Assembly (NCBI RefSeq): GCF_964213995.1 | Contig: NC_135812.1 | Span: forward strand, 33,170,001 to 33,234,000 | Length of the DNA stretch: 64,000 bases | Source: Mustelus asterias | Lineage: Eukaryota | Direction of reading: 5' to 3' | Shown here: positions 28,811 to 39,185 of the stretch, piece after piece | Layout of the letters: each line of letters opens with the position of its first letter | Numbering within the stretch: the first letter of the stretch is position 1 | Notes under the pieces: model-generated | Seen by the model: only the letters and a program-made list of their open reading frames with translations | Databases searched by the model: none | What the model was told of the DNA's origin: nothing | Made by a program: the position numbers and the translations under genes

Positions 28811-29099
28811 ATTGAGGGATAAATATTGACATAACTCCCCTGCCCTTCTTCAAGACAGTGCCATGGAATCTTTCACATCCACCCTCTCCTCGGTTTATCA
28901 TCTCATGGGAAAGGTGGCAGATCCGACAGTCCTTGAATCCAGAACCTTCTGACTCTGACCAGAAATGCAGGCATTTGAACTAGGGTTCAAACGGTCACTA
29001 TTGGGGAGGGGAGGGGGAGAGAGTAAAGTCAAATCAGGGGAATTGAATGCGTTGGAATTAAAGACAGAACTATATGTTCAGGGAAGAAAAATCTTAGAT

Positions 29100-29550
29100 C
29101 GGAGAGCCGACTACGAGCCCACTTTAGCTCCAATGGCCGAGTAAAAGCCGCATCGAAGAAGATGATAGATATGCCGGGGGAAGCAATAGCAGGAAACACA
29201 CCCGCTCCACCTCGCTGTGCGCATGCCCGGTTCTCGGTGGGAGGAAGTGGCGCGCTTGCGCAGTCGTGCCGGAAATGTGTCCGCTGCTTTAACATTTCCC
29301 TCCATTCGGAGGTGTGGACCTGGACAAGGTGCGTGTCTGGGACGTCAGATGTGGTTGGGGTGGAATAAGCTACATCGAAAGGAGCAAATAAGTAACCGAT
29401 CATTTACCCAATTATGTTTTGAGACCCCCGGTTACTGTTCTGTCCCGTATAATCAAACTCTGCTACCAGTCTTTTCATGTTATTCGGGTGAATCAATGTA
29501 AGTCACATCTGTCCTTCAAACGTTCCGCACTGCTTTGTAGCCGGAAGTGA
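29100..29550 (+). promoter_or_regulatory. MRPS17: CpG-island promoter and probable non-coding exon 1 of MRPS17
   Basis: NRF1-like tgcgcatgc (29218-29226) and gcgcttgcgca (29252-29262); ETS/GABP-like ccggaaat (29269) and ccggaagtg (29541); CRE-like gacgtca (29341); candidate donors AAG|GTGCGT (29329) and GTAAGT (29498). Confidence 0.75.
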
Positions 29551-30222
29551 GAAAAAAGTTTTTCATTGAATGAAGAAATTTTAAGGAACGTTGCTGATGT
29601 TGAAAATGATGATACTTTAAAGTTAATTATGCATTTACACAGCGTCTTTCCCAAACTCCCATCACCAAATAGGAAATGGTCTTATGGTGTCCCAACACAG
29701 CAAATGAAGTAGTGCAATACATTGTTGTAACGTAGAGAAACTGACAACCACTTTGTAGAGAGCAAGGTCCCACAAAAAGTGGTAAGATATTGGGCTTATG
29801 TGCTTGATGAGAATGGATCCAACTTGTGTGTACAAACAAGATGTTGTAAAAATGCTTTATAAGTACTACGTGTGGCTCATTCTCAACTCTTAATTCAAAA
29901 TGTAATGGGTTCAAGTTGCATTCCAATTCTCTATGTGTAGAGTAAAATATCCAATGGTAGAGTATTGCATCAATGGAGATGAACATCTTGTAATTCATCT
30001 CATTGCTGTTTGTGGAATGTGCTGTTGCTTGTTGTAATTTCCCACAGAACAGCGGTGATTACATTTCAAAAAGGTGATTTTTGCTGTCTGAAATGTTTTG
30101 GGTCACCCGAGCATGTGGAATAAAGAAAAACTTGTATTTGTATAGCATTTTACACAATCTCGGGACTTCCCAAAGTGCTATACTGCCACTTTTGAAGTGT
30201 GGTCACTGTCTAATGTAGGAAA

Positions 30223-30484
30223 TGATGTGGAGATGCCGGCGTTGGACTGGGGTAAACACAGTAAGAAGTTTAACAACACCAGGTTAAAGTCCAACAGGTT
30301 TATTTGGTAGCAAAAGCCACACAAGCTTTCGGAGCTGCAAGCCCCTTCTTCAGGTGAGTGGGAATTCTGTTCTGAACAGAATTCCCACTCACCTGAAGAA
30401 GGGGCTTGCAGCTCCGAAAGCTTGTGTGGCTTTTGCTACCAAATAAACCTGTTGGACTTTAACCTGGTGTTGTTAAACTTCTTA
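30223..30484. mobile_element. Penelope-derived perfect palindrome
   Basis: 111-bp arms (30262-30372 and 30374-30484) with a 1-nt spacer; flanked by taatgtaggaaa (30211-30222 and 30485-30496). Confidence 0.9.
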
Positions 30485-30500
30485 TAATGTAGGAAACACA

Positions 30501-30838
30501 GTAAGTTGTCTCACAACACCAGTTTAAAGTCCAACAGGTTTATTTGGTAGCAAAATCCACTAGCTTTCGGAGTGCTGCTCATTTGTCAGGCAAGTGGGAG
30601 TTCTGTTCACAAACAGGGCATATAAAGACACAAACTCAATTTACAAAATAATGATTACCTATAAAGACTCGCATTCCAATCAAGGCTTAAAGGTACAGAA
30701 CTCCCACTTACCTGACGAAGGAGCAGCGCTCCGAAAGCTAGTGGATTTTGCTACCAAATAAACCTGTTGGACTTTAACCTGGTGTTGTGAGACTTCTTAC
30801 TGAGTTTACCCCAGTCCAACGCCAGCATCTCCACATCA
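30501..30838. mobile_element. Second Penelope-derived inverted-repeat element
   Basis: Imperfect inverted arms of a different subfamily; followed by a third copy of taatgtaggaaa at 30839-30850. Confidence 0.88.
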
Positions 30839-31136
30839 TAATGTAGGAAACACAGCAGCCAATTTGCTTATAGCAATGTTCCACAAAGGTGAATGTGATA
30901 ATGATCACAATGTTTTTGTGATGTTAAGGGTTAACTATTGGCCAGGACACTCAGAGTAACTACCCTGCTCCTTGAAATATTGTCATAGGGTATTTTAAGC
31001 CCACCCAGAGAAGGAGCCTTGGTTTAAAATTACAGTTAAATATACTATTAAAATAGAAGTTGTCTTTAAGCAAAGGTTTTGAGCTATTTTATGTGATTTT
31101 ACAAAATCTCATTTACTTTACAGGCAATTTTGAAAC

Positions 31137-31259
31137 ATGTCAGCAAGAACTGCTTCTGTCCATGCCAAGTGGATTATAGGAAAAGTGATTGGGACAAAAA
31201 TGCAGAAGACTGCCAAAGTCAGAGTAACTAGACTTGTCCTGAATCCATATCTGTTAAAG
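31137..31259 (+). CDS. MRPS17: Mitochondrial ribosomal protein S17, coding exon 1
   Basis: Acceptor at 31123, ATG at 31137, encodes [43 protein letters not shown] donor at 31260. Confidence 0.95.
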
Positions 31260-32117
31260 GTAAATTTGATTACTTAGCGGTATATAAAGTGTTATGCAGA
31301 TTAGAGAAAAAGAGACAATGATTGTTTCATTTATTCTGAGATCTTATTTTTTTTCTTTAAAAACTCGTTAGTCCATATTAATGAATTCAGTTTTACTAAG
31401 CAGATTGTGGTGCAGTTTAGGGATTATTTTCCCAATTAATTATTTTCAGCACTTATAATTTCTAAAATATGTGTATAAAGTTTTATTGGTTTCTAGTCAG
31501 AACATTAACAGATTTACTGTTTTGGTTAAAAGATTGTAATCTTCCAAGATTTAACGATTATTATTTTAATAATTTGAAGACTCGACACAAAGAAGAAACT
31601 CTTCACACTGCTAAATTTTACTTATCTCTTTGGAACCACTCATTACTTTCACTGCCCTTAACTCTACAATCGCCAATTTTGACAATCTTGGATTGTCATA
31701 AAATCCCACTTGATTCTTAAATGGCCCTTAGAAAAGAAAACCTTCTGTCCTTATCTAGTCTGGCCTGTTTCTAACCCACATCACCTATCAACATGGTCAA
31801 CTCTTAACTCTCCATTGAAGTCGGCCTGATGAACCACTCAATTATATTGGGGCAACTAAGGGAAGGGCAATTAATGCCAGCCTTGCCAGTGATGCTCATG
31901 TCGAGTGAACAATTTTAAAAAAAAAGTATTTCCAGAACCTTAGCTATTGAACACCTTGCAGTAGATAAATCCACAGTTCCGAACAGTTGGGTTGACGATC
32001 TGCTCTTAGAACTCCAGCATCATTCCTGTCTAAAAGTAGAAGTTCTTTTTTAAAGCGGTAAATGCATGTTAAATGTACTTTTTAAAACAGCACTTTAAAA
32101 TGTCCATCCTTCTACAG

Positions 32118-32408
32118 TTCTACAATAAAAGGAAGACGTATTTTGCTCATGATCCAAAAGAACAGTGCACTGTGGGTGATATCGTACTTCTGAAGGCTTT
32201 GTCTGAACGAAGGACCAAGCACGTTAAACATGAACTGGCAGAAATTGTATTCAAAGTTGGAAATATCATTGATCCCATCACAAGAGAACGCTGTAGTGGA
32301 AGCCGAATAATTGAACCCCTTAAAGACTCTGATTCAGATGTGGGATGCTTGAATGATCATATGAAGAATTTAGAGATCAATGTTGTGCAGAGTAATACAG
32401 AACATTAA
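32118..32408 (+). CDS. MRPS17: Mitochondrial ribosomal protein S17, last coding exon
   Basis: CAG acceptor, encodes FYNKRKTYFAHDPKEQCTVGDIVLLKAL...KHVKHELAEIVFKVGNIIDPIT..., ends at TAA 32408. Confidence 0.95.
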   Translation, partial: FYNKRKTYFAHDPKEQCTVGDIVLLKALSERRTKHVKHELAEIVFKVGNIIDPITRERCSGSRIIEPLKDSDSDVGCLNDHMKNLEINVVQSNTEH

Positions 32409-32600
32409 AAACTTTGCAAGTTAAACTATAAATACAAAGTTTGTAAATTTGAATGTATTTAATGAATATTCATGTTGCAGCTGTTATTCAGAAATGAAAC
32501 AATAGTTCTTTTAAGAGAAGGAAATGTGTAATGAATATCCCATCTTTATTTTGTGTTTTCCTGTACATGGGAGAGCTTGAATTTTCTGAAATCTTTGTAA

Positions 32601-32606
32601 AATAAA
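32601..32606 (+). terminator. Probable polyadenylation signal of MRPS17
   Basis: AATAAA about 190 nt downstream of the stop codon in an AT-rich UTR. Confidence 0.6.
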
Positions 32607-33746
32607 TCCAAATGATTGCGAATAATTTTCAGTTTAGTTTCACATTCAATCCTCATGATATTAGGTGACTTTTAAAATAAATTACTGGTAGGTTTCCAAT
32701 GTAATTTCTTGATCTGTCAAAATGTAAACTGTCGTAGAGCCAGCCAAGGGTGAGACCAATAGAATTTCTGAGTGAGAGACATGCTCTCTGCAATGTCTGA
32801 TATTTGAAACATTATCTTTTCCCCGCATAGTTCTCAACAAGGATAGCCACCATTCATATTCAAGCAATCCCAACACAGTAGAATGAATAACTGGATGGTT
32901 TCTATCCAGTCCATCGTTACCAATCCCACCCTGACCCACACAAATTGTGAGGTTAGGCAAATTGAAATTTTAAAAACCGAGTGATAATTTTGTCAAGCAA
33001 GGACGTTAAGGGATGTCAAACCAATCAGGTCAATGGAACTAACGTACAATTCAGCCATTGTCTAACTGAATCGTGGAACATGCTCAAGGGACTGAATGGC
33101 CACTGTTACACCTTTAAAGCAAAATTTCATTTCACATTTGAACTAGCCACACATATAATCCATCCGTCATATTTTTTAAAGCCCAATTCTTATGAACTTT
33201 ACATCTTCCTAGGAACAAATGCACTACAATTGCAATATAAATGGATAACCATGTTGATCCAATATTTTAAAAAAACACATATGGATGGATAGCTAAAGAT
33301 CACAAGCAGTAATGTCATCTGAGTTCAGATATCTAGAAAACTATGTGTTTTTCTTTTGTGACAATGTGCACGGAAAATCTTTCTCAAGGTCGTGACCGAA
33401 CAGGCCACCTAAGATGGCGATTTGCAAGAGCATGCTGAGATAATTGGACAAGTACTGAAACCGACAGGCTGCAGCTGCAGACGTTGGAATAAACAGGATA
33501 TAGGCCATCTCAAGGATGAAGGACACTTTCTGGTCAAACCAGGTTGTTTACCAGACACGGTGCCTTAACCCCTTATTTTGGAGGGAGGTATGTGAACTAA
33601 GCGCCTCCAGCATCTACAGGTATAGCTGTTGGGTACACACCCAGAGATCGGTGTGGCAGCACCTGATTGTACTAAAGAACAAAGAACAGTACAGCACAGG
33701 AAACAGGCCCTTCGGCCCTCCAAGCCTGTGCCGCTCCTTGGTCCAA

Positions 33747-36671
33747 CTAGACCAATCGTTTGTATCCCTCCATTCCCAGGCTGCTCATGTGACTATCCAG
33801 GTAAGTCTTAAACGATGTCAGCGTGCCTGCCTCCACCACCCTACTTGGCAGCGCATTCCAGGCCCCCACCACCCTCTGTGTAAAAAACGTCCCTCTGATG
33901 TCTGAGTTATACTTCGCCCCTCTCAGCTTGAGCCCGTGACCCCTCGTGATCGTCACCTCCGACCTGGGAAAAAGCTTCCCACCGTTCACCCTATCTATAC
34001 CCTTCATAATCTTGTATACCTCTATTAGATCTCCCCTCATTCTCCGTCTTTCCAAGGAGAACAACCCCAGTCTACCCAATCTCCCCTCATAGCTAAGACC
34101 CTCCATACCAGGCAACATCCTGGTAAACCTTCTCTGCACTCTCTCCAATGCCTCCACGTCCTTCTGGTAGTGCGGCGACCAGAACTGGACGCAGTCCTCC
34201 AAATGTGGCCTGACCAGCGTTCTATACAGCTGCATCATCAGACTCCAGCTTTTATACTCTATACCCCGTCCTATAAAGGCAAGCATACCATATGCCTTCT
34301 TCACCACCTTCTCCACCTGCGTTGCCACCTTCAAGGATTTGTGGACTTGCACACCTAGGTCCCTCTGTGTTTCTATACTCTTGATGACTCTGCCATTTAT
34401 TGTATAACTCCTCCCGACATTATTTCTTCCAAAATGCATCACTTCGCATTTATCCGGATTAAATTCCATCTGCCACCTCTCCGCCCAATTTTCCAGCCTA
34501 TCTATATCCTGCTGTATTGCCCGACAATGCTCTTCGCTATCCGTAATTCCAGCCATCTTCGTGTCATCCGCAAACTTGCTGATTACACCAGTTACACCTT
34601 CTTCCAAATCATTTATATATATCACAAATAGCAGAGGTCCCAGTACAGAGCCCTGCGGAACACCACTGGTCACAGACCTCCAGCCGGAAAAAGACCCTTC
34701 GACCACTACCCTCTGTCTCCTATGGCCAAGCCAGTTCTCCACCCATCGAGCCACTTCTCCTTGTATCCCATGAGCCTTAACCTTCTTAACCAACCTGCCA
34801 TGTGGGACTTTGTCAAATGCCTTACTGAAATCCATATAGATGACATCCACGGCCCTTCCTTCATCAACCGTTTTTGTCACTTCCTCAAAAAACTCCACCA
34901 AATTTGTAAGGCACGACCTCCCTCTTACAAAACCATGCTGTCTGTCACTAATGAGATTGTTCCGTTCTAAATGCACATACATCCTGTCTCTAAGAATCCT
35001 CTCCAACAACTTCCCTACCACGGACGTCAAGCTCACCGGCCTATAATTTCCTGGGTTATCCCTGCTACCCTTCTTAAACAACGGGACCACATTCGCTATC
35101 CTCCAATCCTCAGGGACCTCACCCGTGTCCAAAGAAGCGACAAAGATTTCCGTCCGAGGCCCAGCAATTTCACCTCTCGTCTCCCTGAGCAGTCGAGGAT
35201 AGATGCCATCAGGCCCTGGGGCTTTGTCAGTTTTAATGTTCCCTAAAAAACCTAACACTTCCTCTCTTGTAATGGAGATTTTCTCTAACGGGTCAACACC
35301 TCCCTCCGAGACACTCCCGGTTAACACGCCCCTCTCCTTCGTGAATACCGATGCAAAGTATTCATTTAGGATCTCCCCTATTCCCTTGGGTTCTAAGCAT
35401 AATTCCCCTCCTTTGTCCCTGAGAGGTCCGATTTTCTCCCTGACAACTCTTTTGTTCCTAACGTATGAATAGAATGCCTTAGGATTCTCCTTAATCCTGC
35501 CTGCCAAGAACATCTCGTGACCTCTTTTTGCCCTTCTAACTCCCCGTTTGAGTTCTTTCCTACTCTCTCTGTATTCCTCCAGAGCTCCATCTGTTTTCAG
35601 TTGCCTGGACTTAACGTACGCCTCCCTTTTAATTTTAATCAGATCCTCAATTTCCCTGGTTATCCACGGCTCTCGAATCCTACCTTTCCTATCTTTCCTT
35701 TTTACAGGCACATGCCTATCCTGCAGCCTTATCAATAGTTCCTTAAAAGACTCCCACATGCCAGACGCGGACTTCCCCTCGAACATCCTCTCCCAATCAA
35801 CATCCACCAATTCTTGCCTAATCCGGCTATAGTCAGCCTTCCCCCAATTTAGCACCCTGCCCGTAGGACAGCACTCATCCTTGTCCATTACTATCCTAAA
35901 GTTAACAGAGTTGTGGTCACTATTTGCCACATGTTCCCCGACCGAAACTTTGACGACCTGACCGGGCTCATTTCCCAGAACTAGGTCCAGTATAGTCCCC
36001 TCTCTAGTCGGGCTATCTACATACTGTTCCAAAGAACCTTCCAGTACGCATTTTACAAATTCCTCCCCGTCCGGTCCCCCAGCTCTAAGCACTTTCCAGT
36101 CTGTGCCAGGGAAATTAAAGTCCCCCACTACAACAACCCTATGTTTTCTGCACCTATCCAGAATCTCCTGACATACCCTTTCCTCCACTTCCCGTGGGCT
36201 GTTGGGTGGTCTGTAGTACACCCCCAGCATAGTGACTGCACCCTTCCTGTTTCTGAGTTCCACCCACAGCGACTCAGTACATGACCCCTCTAAGTTGTCT
36301 ACCCTCTGCACCGCGGTAATATGCTCCTTAACTAATATCGCTACTCCCCCACCTTTTTTAGCCCCTCCTCTGTCTCGCCTAAAACACTTATACCCCGGAA
36401 TATTCAGTTGCCAGTCCTGTCCTTCTTTTAACCAAGTTTCCGTCACCGCAACCACATCCAAATTCCGCACAAGCATTAAGGCCCTAAGTTCGTCTGTTTT
36501 ACCCGTTACACTCCTCGCATTGAAGCAGATGCACTCCAGACCTCCAGGCCCAGTCAGGTCCTCCTCCTCCAGAGTGCTCCTCTTCTTAGCTAGCCTTGCC
36601 CTGGCCCCCAACTCGACCCCAGCCTCAGTATTTACTGACCTCCTGTTTTGTTCCCCACCCCCCTGCCACAC
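33747..36671 (-). CDS. CR1 ORF2: APE endonuclease + reverse transcriptase, uninterrupted
   Basis: FNARS, VTETW, YRPP, GDFN, SDH (endonuclease); KAPGPDG, YRPVSL, DFSKAFD, PQGSVLGP, FADD (RT). Confidence 0.95.
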   Translation of the reverse strand: MWQGGGEQNRRSVNTEAGVELGARARLAKKRSTLEEEDLTGPGGLECICFNARSVTGKTDELRALMLVRNLDVVAVTETWLKEGQDWQLNIPGYKCFRRDRGGAKKGGGVAILVKEHITAVQRVDNLEGSCTESLWVELRNRKGAVTMLGVYYRPPNSPREVEERVCQEILDRCRKHRVVVVGDFNFPGTDWKVLRAGGPDGEEFVKCVLEGSLEQYVDSPTREGTILDLVLGNEPGQVVKVSVGEHVANSDHNSVNFRIVMDKDECCPTGRVLNWGKADYSRIRQELVDVDWERMFEGKSASGMWESFKELLIRLQDRHVPVKRKDRKGRIREPWITREIEDLIKIKREAYVKSRQLKTDGALEEYRESRKELKRGVRRAKRGHEMFLAGRIKENPKAFYSYVRNKRVVREKIGPLRDKGGELCLEPKGIGEILNEYFASVFTKERGVLTGSVSEGGVDPLEKISITREEVLGFLGNIKTDKAPGPDGIYPRLLRETRGEIAGPRTEIFVASLDTGEVPEDWRIANVVPLFKKGSRDNPGNYRPVSLTSVVGKLLERILRDRMYVHLERNNLISDRQHGFVRGRSCLTNLVEFFEEVTKTVDEGRAVDVIYMDFSKAFDKVPHGRLVKKVKAHGIQGEVARWVENWLGHRRQRVVVEGSFSGWRSVTSGVPQGSVLGPLLFVIYINDLEEGVTGVISKFADDTKMAGITDSEEHCRAIQQDIDRLENWAERWQMEFNPDKCEVMHFGRNNVGRSYTINGRVIKSIETQRDLGVQVHKSLKVATQVEKVVKKAYGMLAFIGRGIEYKSWSLMMQLYRTLVRPHLEDCVQFWSPHYQKDVEALERVQRRFTRMLPGMEGLSYEGRLGRLGLFSLERRRMRGDLIEVYKIMKGIDRVNGGKLFPRSEVTITRGHGLKLRGAKYNSDIRGTFFTQRVVGAWNALPSRVVEAGTLTSFKTYLDSHMSSLGMEGYKRLV

Positions 36672-37699
36672 TAGTTTAAATCCTGCCGAAACACTCTAGC
36701 AAAACTCCCAGCCAGGATATTTGCTCCCTTCCAGTTAAGGTGTAACCCATCCTTTCTGTACAGTTGCCATCCTGACTTGAAGATTTCCCAGTTATCTATG
36801 AATTTAAAACCCTCCTTCTTGCACCAGTCCTTTAGCCACGCGTTCAACTGTAGAATCTCCCTGTTCCGAGCCTCACTTGCACTCGGCACCGGGAGCAGTC
36901 CAGAGATTGCTACCATGGAGGTCTTACTTTTTAGCCTAGCACCCAACTCCCTGAATTTCTCTCGTATGACCCCCCTGCTCTTCCTACCTACATCATTTCC
37001 CCCAATGTGTACAATCACGTCCGTTTGACTACCTTCCTTTTTAAATATGCTTCCTACCCTCTCGGAGATATCCAGTACCCCGGCACCAGGGAGGCAGACT
37101 ACCATCCTGGATTCTCGTTCAGTCCCACAGAAGCGCCTGTCCGTGCCTCTAACCATTGCGTCCCCCACAACTATCGCTCTCCTAAACCCCTTCTTTCCCT
37201 TCCGGACCCCTGAGCCTGTCTCCGTGGAGGCGATCTGGTCCTCGTGGCTTACCCCTGGAGGGTCATCCCCCTCCACAGAATCCAAAACAAGATATCTATT
37301 TTGGAGGGGGACAACCACAGGGGATCCCTCCACAGACTGCTCACTCCCTTCCCTTCTCCCATCTGTTGCCCATTCCTTTCTTTTATGGGAGACTGCCACT
37401 GGGGTACTTTCTGGCACATCACCCTTCTGACTATTACCCCTCCTAACTGTGACCCACGTGTCTTCCTTCCGAGACCCTGGTGTCACTACCTGACTATAAC
37501 TTTTATCTATTACTCGCTCATTTTCCCTAACTAAACTGAGTTCATCGAGCCTCAGCTCCAGCTCCCTTACACGATCCTTCAGGAGATGCAGTTCCACACA
37601 TCTGGCACAGATATGGACTTCCGGGAGGCAAGTTGTCTCCAGGAACTCCCACATCCCACACCGAATGCAGTATACTGGCCTCCCACTCATACCAGCCAT
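36671..37699 (-). CDS. CR1 ORF1: zinc-finger/coiled coil + SGNH esterase-like domain
   Basis: CIRC...CARC followed by LKDRVRELELRLDEL; GDAMVRG, HIGGND, DGLHLN. Start placed at the MAGMSG ATG. Confidence 0.9.
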   Translation of the reverse strand: MAGMSGRPVYCIRCGMWEFLETTCLPEVHICARCVELHLLKDRVRELELRLDELSLVRENERVIDKSYSQVVTPGSRKEDTWVTVRRGNSQKGDVPESTPVAVSHKRKEWATDGRREGSEQSVEGSPVVVPLQNRYLVLDSVEGDDPPGVSHEDQIASTETGSGVRKGKKGFRRAIVVGDAMVRGTDRRFCGTERESRMVVCLPGAGVLDISERVGSIFKKEGSQTDVIVHIGGNDVGRKSRGVIREKFRELGARLKSKTSMVAISGLLPVPSASEARNREILQLNAWLKDWCKKEGFKFIDNWEIFKSGWQLYRKDGLHLNWKGANILAGSFARVFRQDLN

Positions 37700-38977
37700 G
37701 TCCTTTTTAGTTTTGGGGATAAAACAAAAAGGGGGTGTAACCGAAGAAAAACAAACAAACAACCTTCCTCGCCTTCGCCGAAGCCCTGTGAGCCAAAGCC
37801 CTTTTAGCTCTCACTCTGTCCCCTGCTCACTCCGCTGCCCACTAACGACGCTGCCCGCTCAAGGGTGCGGCCTACTTTTAAACCCTCCAAAACCTTCCCA
37901 GGCTGCTGCTGGGCCTATTTCCTGTTTAGAAAAAAAACCTCCGATTTTTTTCACTAATTTAACTGAAAAAATAATTAAATAAATTAGTGCACACACAAGC
38001 TCCCTTACCCTCAGCCTGCTCCTGTGGAACAATGAGCAGGGTGATCATGCTCTGATCGATTGATTGGCAATAACTAAAAAGGGCGCGAAACCAACGAGGT
38101 GCAAAAGTTACAGCACAACAGAAGAATCTCTCCCTGTCTCTCACGAACGACAACAATGGTGACTATCGCCAGCAATGACCTGCATGAGGAGAGCCACCAA
38201 AGAAGGAAGGATGACCAGAGCCAGAGTATCAGATCAGACCGAAGGACCAGACTGCACAGGACTACGGAGACCAACGCAAATAAAGGCCAATATCTGCCTG
38301 GGTACTTGTCAGTCACGCAAAAGTTAAGTCAAGGTCTAGTATTGAACTTTAGTATTCTGTGAGATAATTTAGTATTGATTGTGTGGGTGATTAATAATTG
38401 TGAATAAATATTACTGTACTAACGACGTCGACTCGCAATTCGTTGTCCACCATATAAGGGTTAAAACAGACTGTGCGGCAGGAGCAGCAATAAGGTCATG
38501 GCTGATTAAATCACTGGCAATCAATGATCAGAGAAGGCTTAGATAACCAGGAGCTTAACTGAAGAAAAGCTAATTTACCAAGTGTGGATAAAGGTATACA
38601 TAACCAATGAAAGTTATTTTTCCCGTTTTAAGGTTTTCCTGGGCATTAGTATAGGTATCAGGCTTACTGTTAGATGTATAAGGGAGGCGTGAAACTTATT
38701 TCTTCAGAATTGGGAAACGATTGGCCACCTCCAACACCACCATCTAGACTGTCAACTCAAGGATGACAATTTTACAAGTAAACGTTGTTCACATTGAAGT
38801 ATTGCATCATCGTGCTACCGAATAAATCTCCCTAGAATTAGTATAACTTGGAAATTTGCATCAAAGAAACTTCTCCCTCAAAACTCAACTGTTGACAATA
38901 TTTGAGGTATAATGTAGCATTTTTAATAGCACTAAAATCTGCTTTTCTTAACTTCAACTCAAGTGAAATATTAGGTA

Positions 38978-39185
38978 AAAGCAAAATACTGGGGATGCTG
39001 GAAATCAGAAAGAATAGGAAGCACAGGGAGTACTCAGCAGGCCTGACAGCATCCGCGAAGAGAAAAACAGGGTAAATATTTCGAGTCGAATATGACTTCT
39101 TCAGAACTCAAATTCGACAAACGGTTAACTGTTTCTCTCTCTCTACAGGTGCTGCCAGACCTTCTGAGTATTTTCAGCACTTTCA
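38978..39185. mobile_element. Short inverted-repeat element of a second Penelope-like family
   Basis: tactcagcaggcctgacagcatc ... gtgctgccagaccttctgagta arms; the minus strand has a decayed ctgaagaa-gtc/gac-tcgaaa hammerhead-like core. Related remnants lie near 12360, 20700, 51470 and 53500. Confidence 0.55.

Larger units (their letters stand above)
30123..31030 (+). mobile_element. Deu-domain SINE-like remnant hosting two Penelope hairpins
   Basis: tttgaagtgtggtcactgtctaatgtaggaaa // cacagcagccaatttgc...gtgataatga resembles the conserved Deu domain; related remnants lie near 12250, 28120 and 50270. Confidence 0.65.
33674..38010 (-). mobile_element. Full-length CR1 LINE
   Basis: 5' UTR, ORF1, ORF2, short 3' UTR and (TGTTCTT)n tail ending near 33674. 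The 5' boundary is approximate and no clear target duplication was seen. Confidence 0.95.

Noticed and set aside
29029-29501. ORFs in the CpG island, or a bidirectional promoter for the NF2-like gene
   Set aside because: GC-rich ORFs without recognisable homology. No strong minus-strand donor was seen, and the 16.7-kb island is a better first-exon candidate, though this is not excluded.
34170-37982. Many plus-strand ORFs overlapping the CR1
   Set aside because: They are antisense shadows of ORF1 and ORF2 with no recognisable domains.
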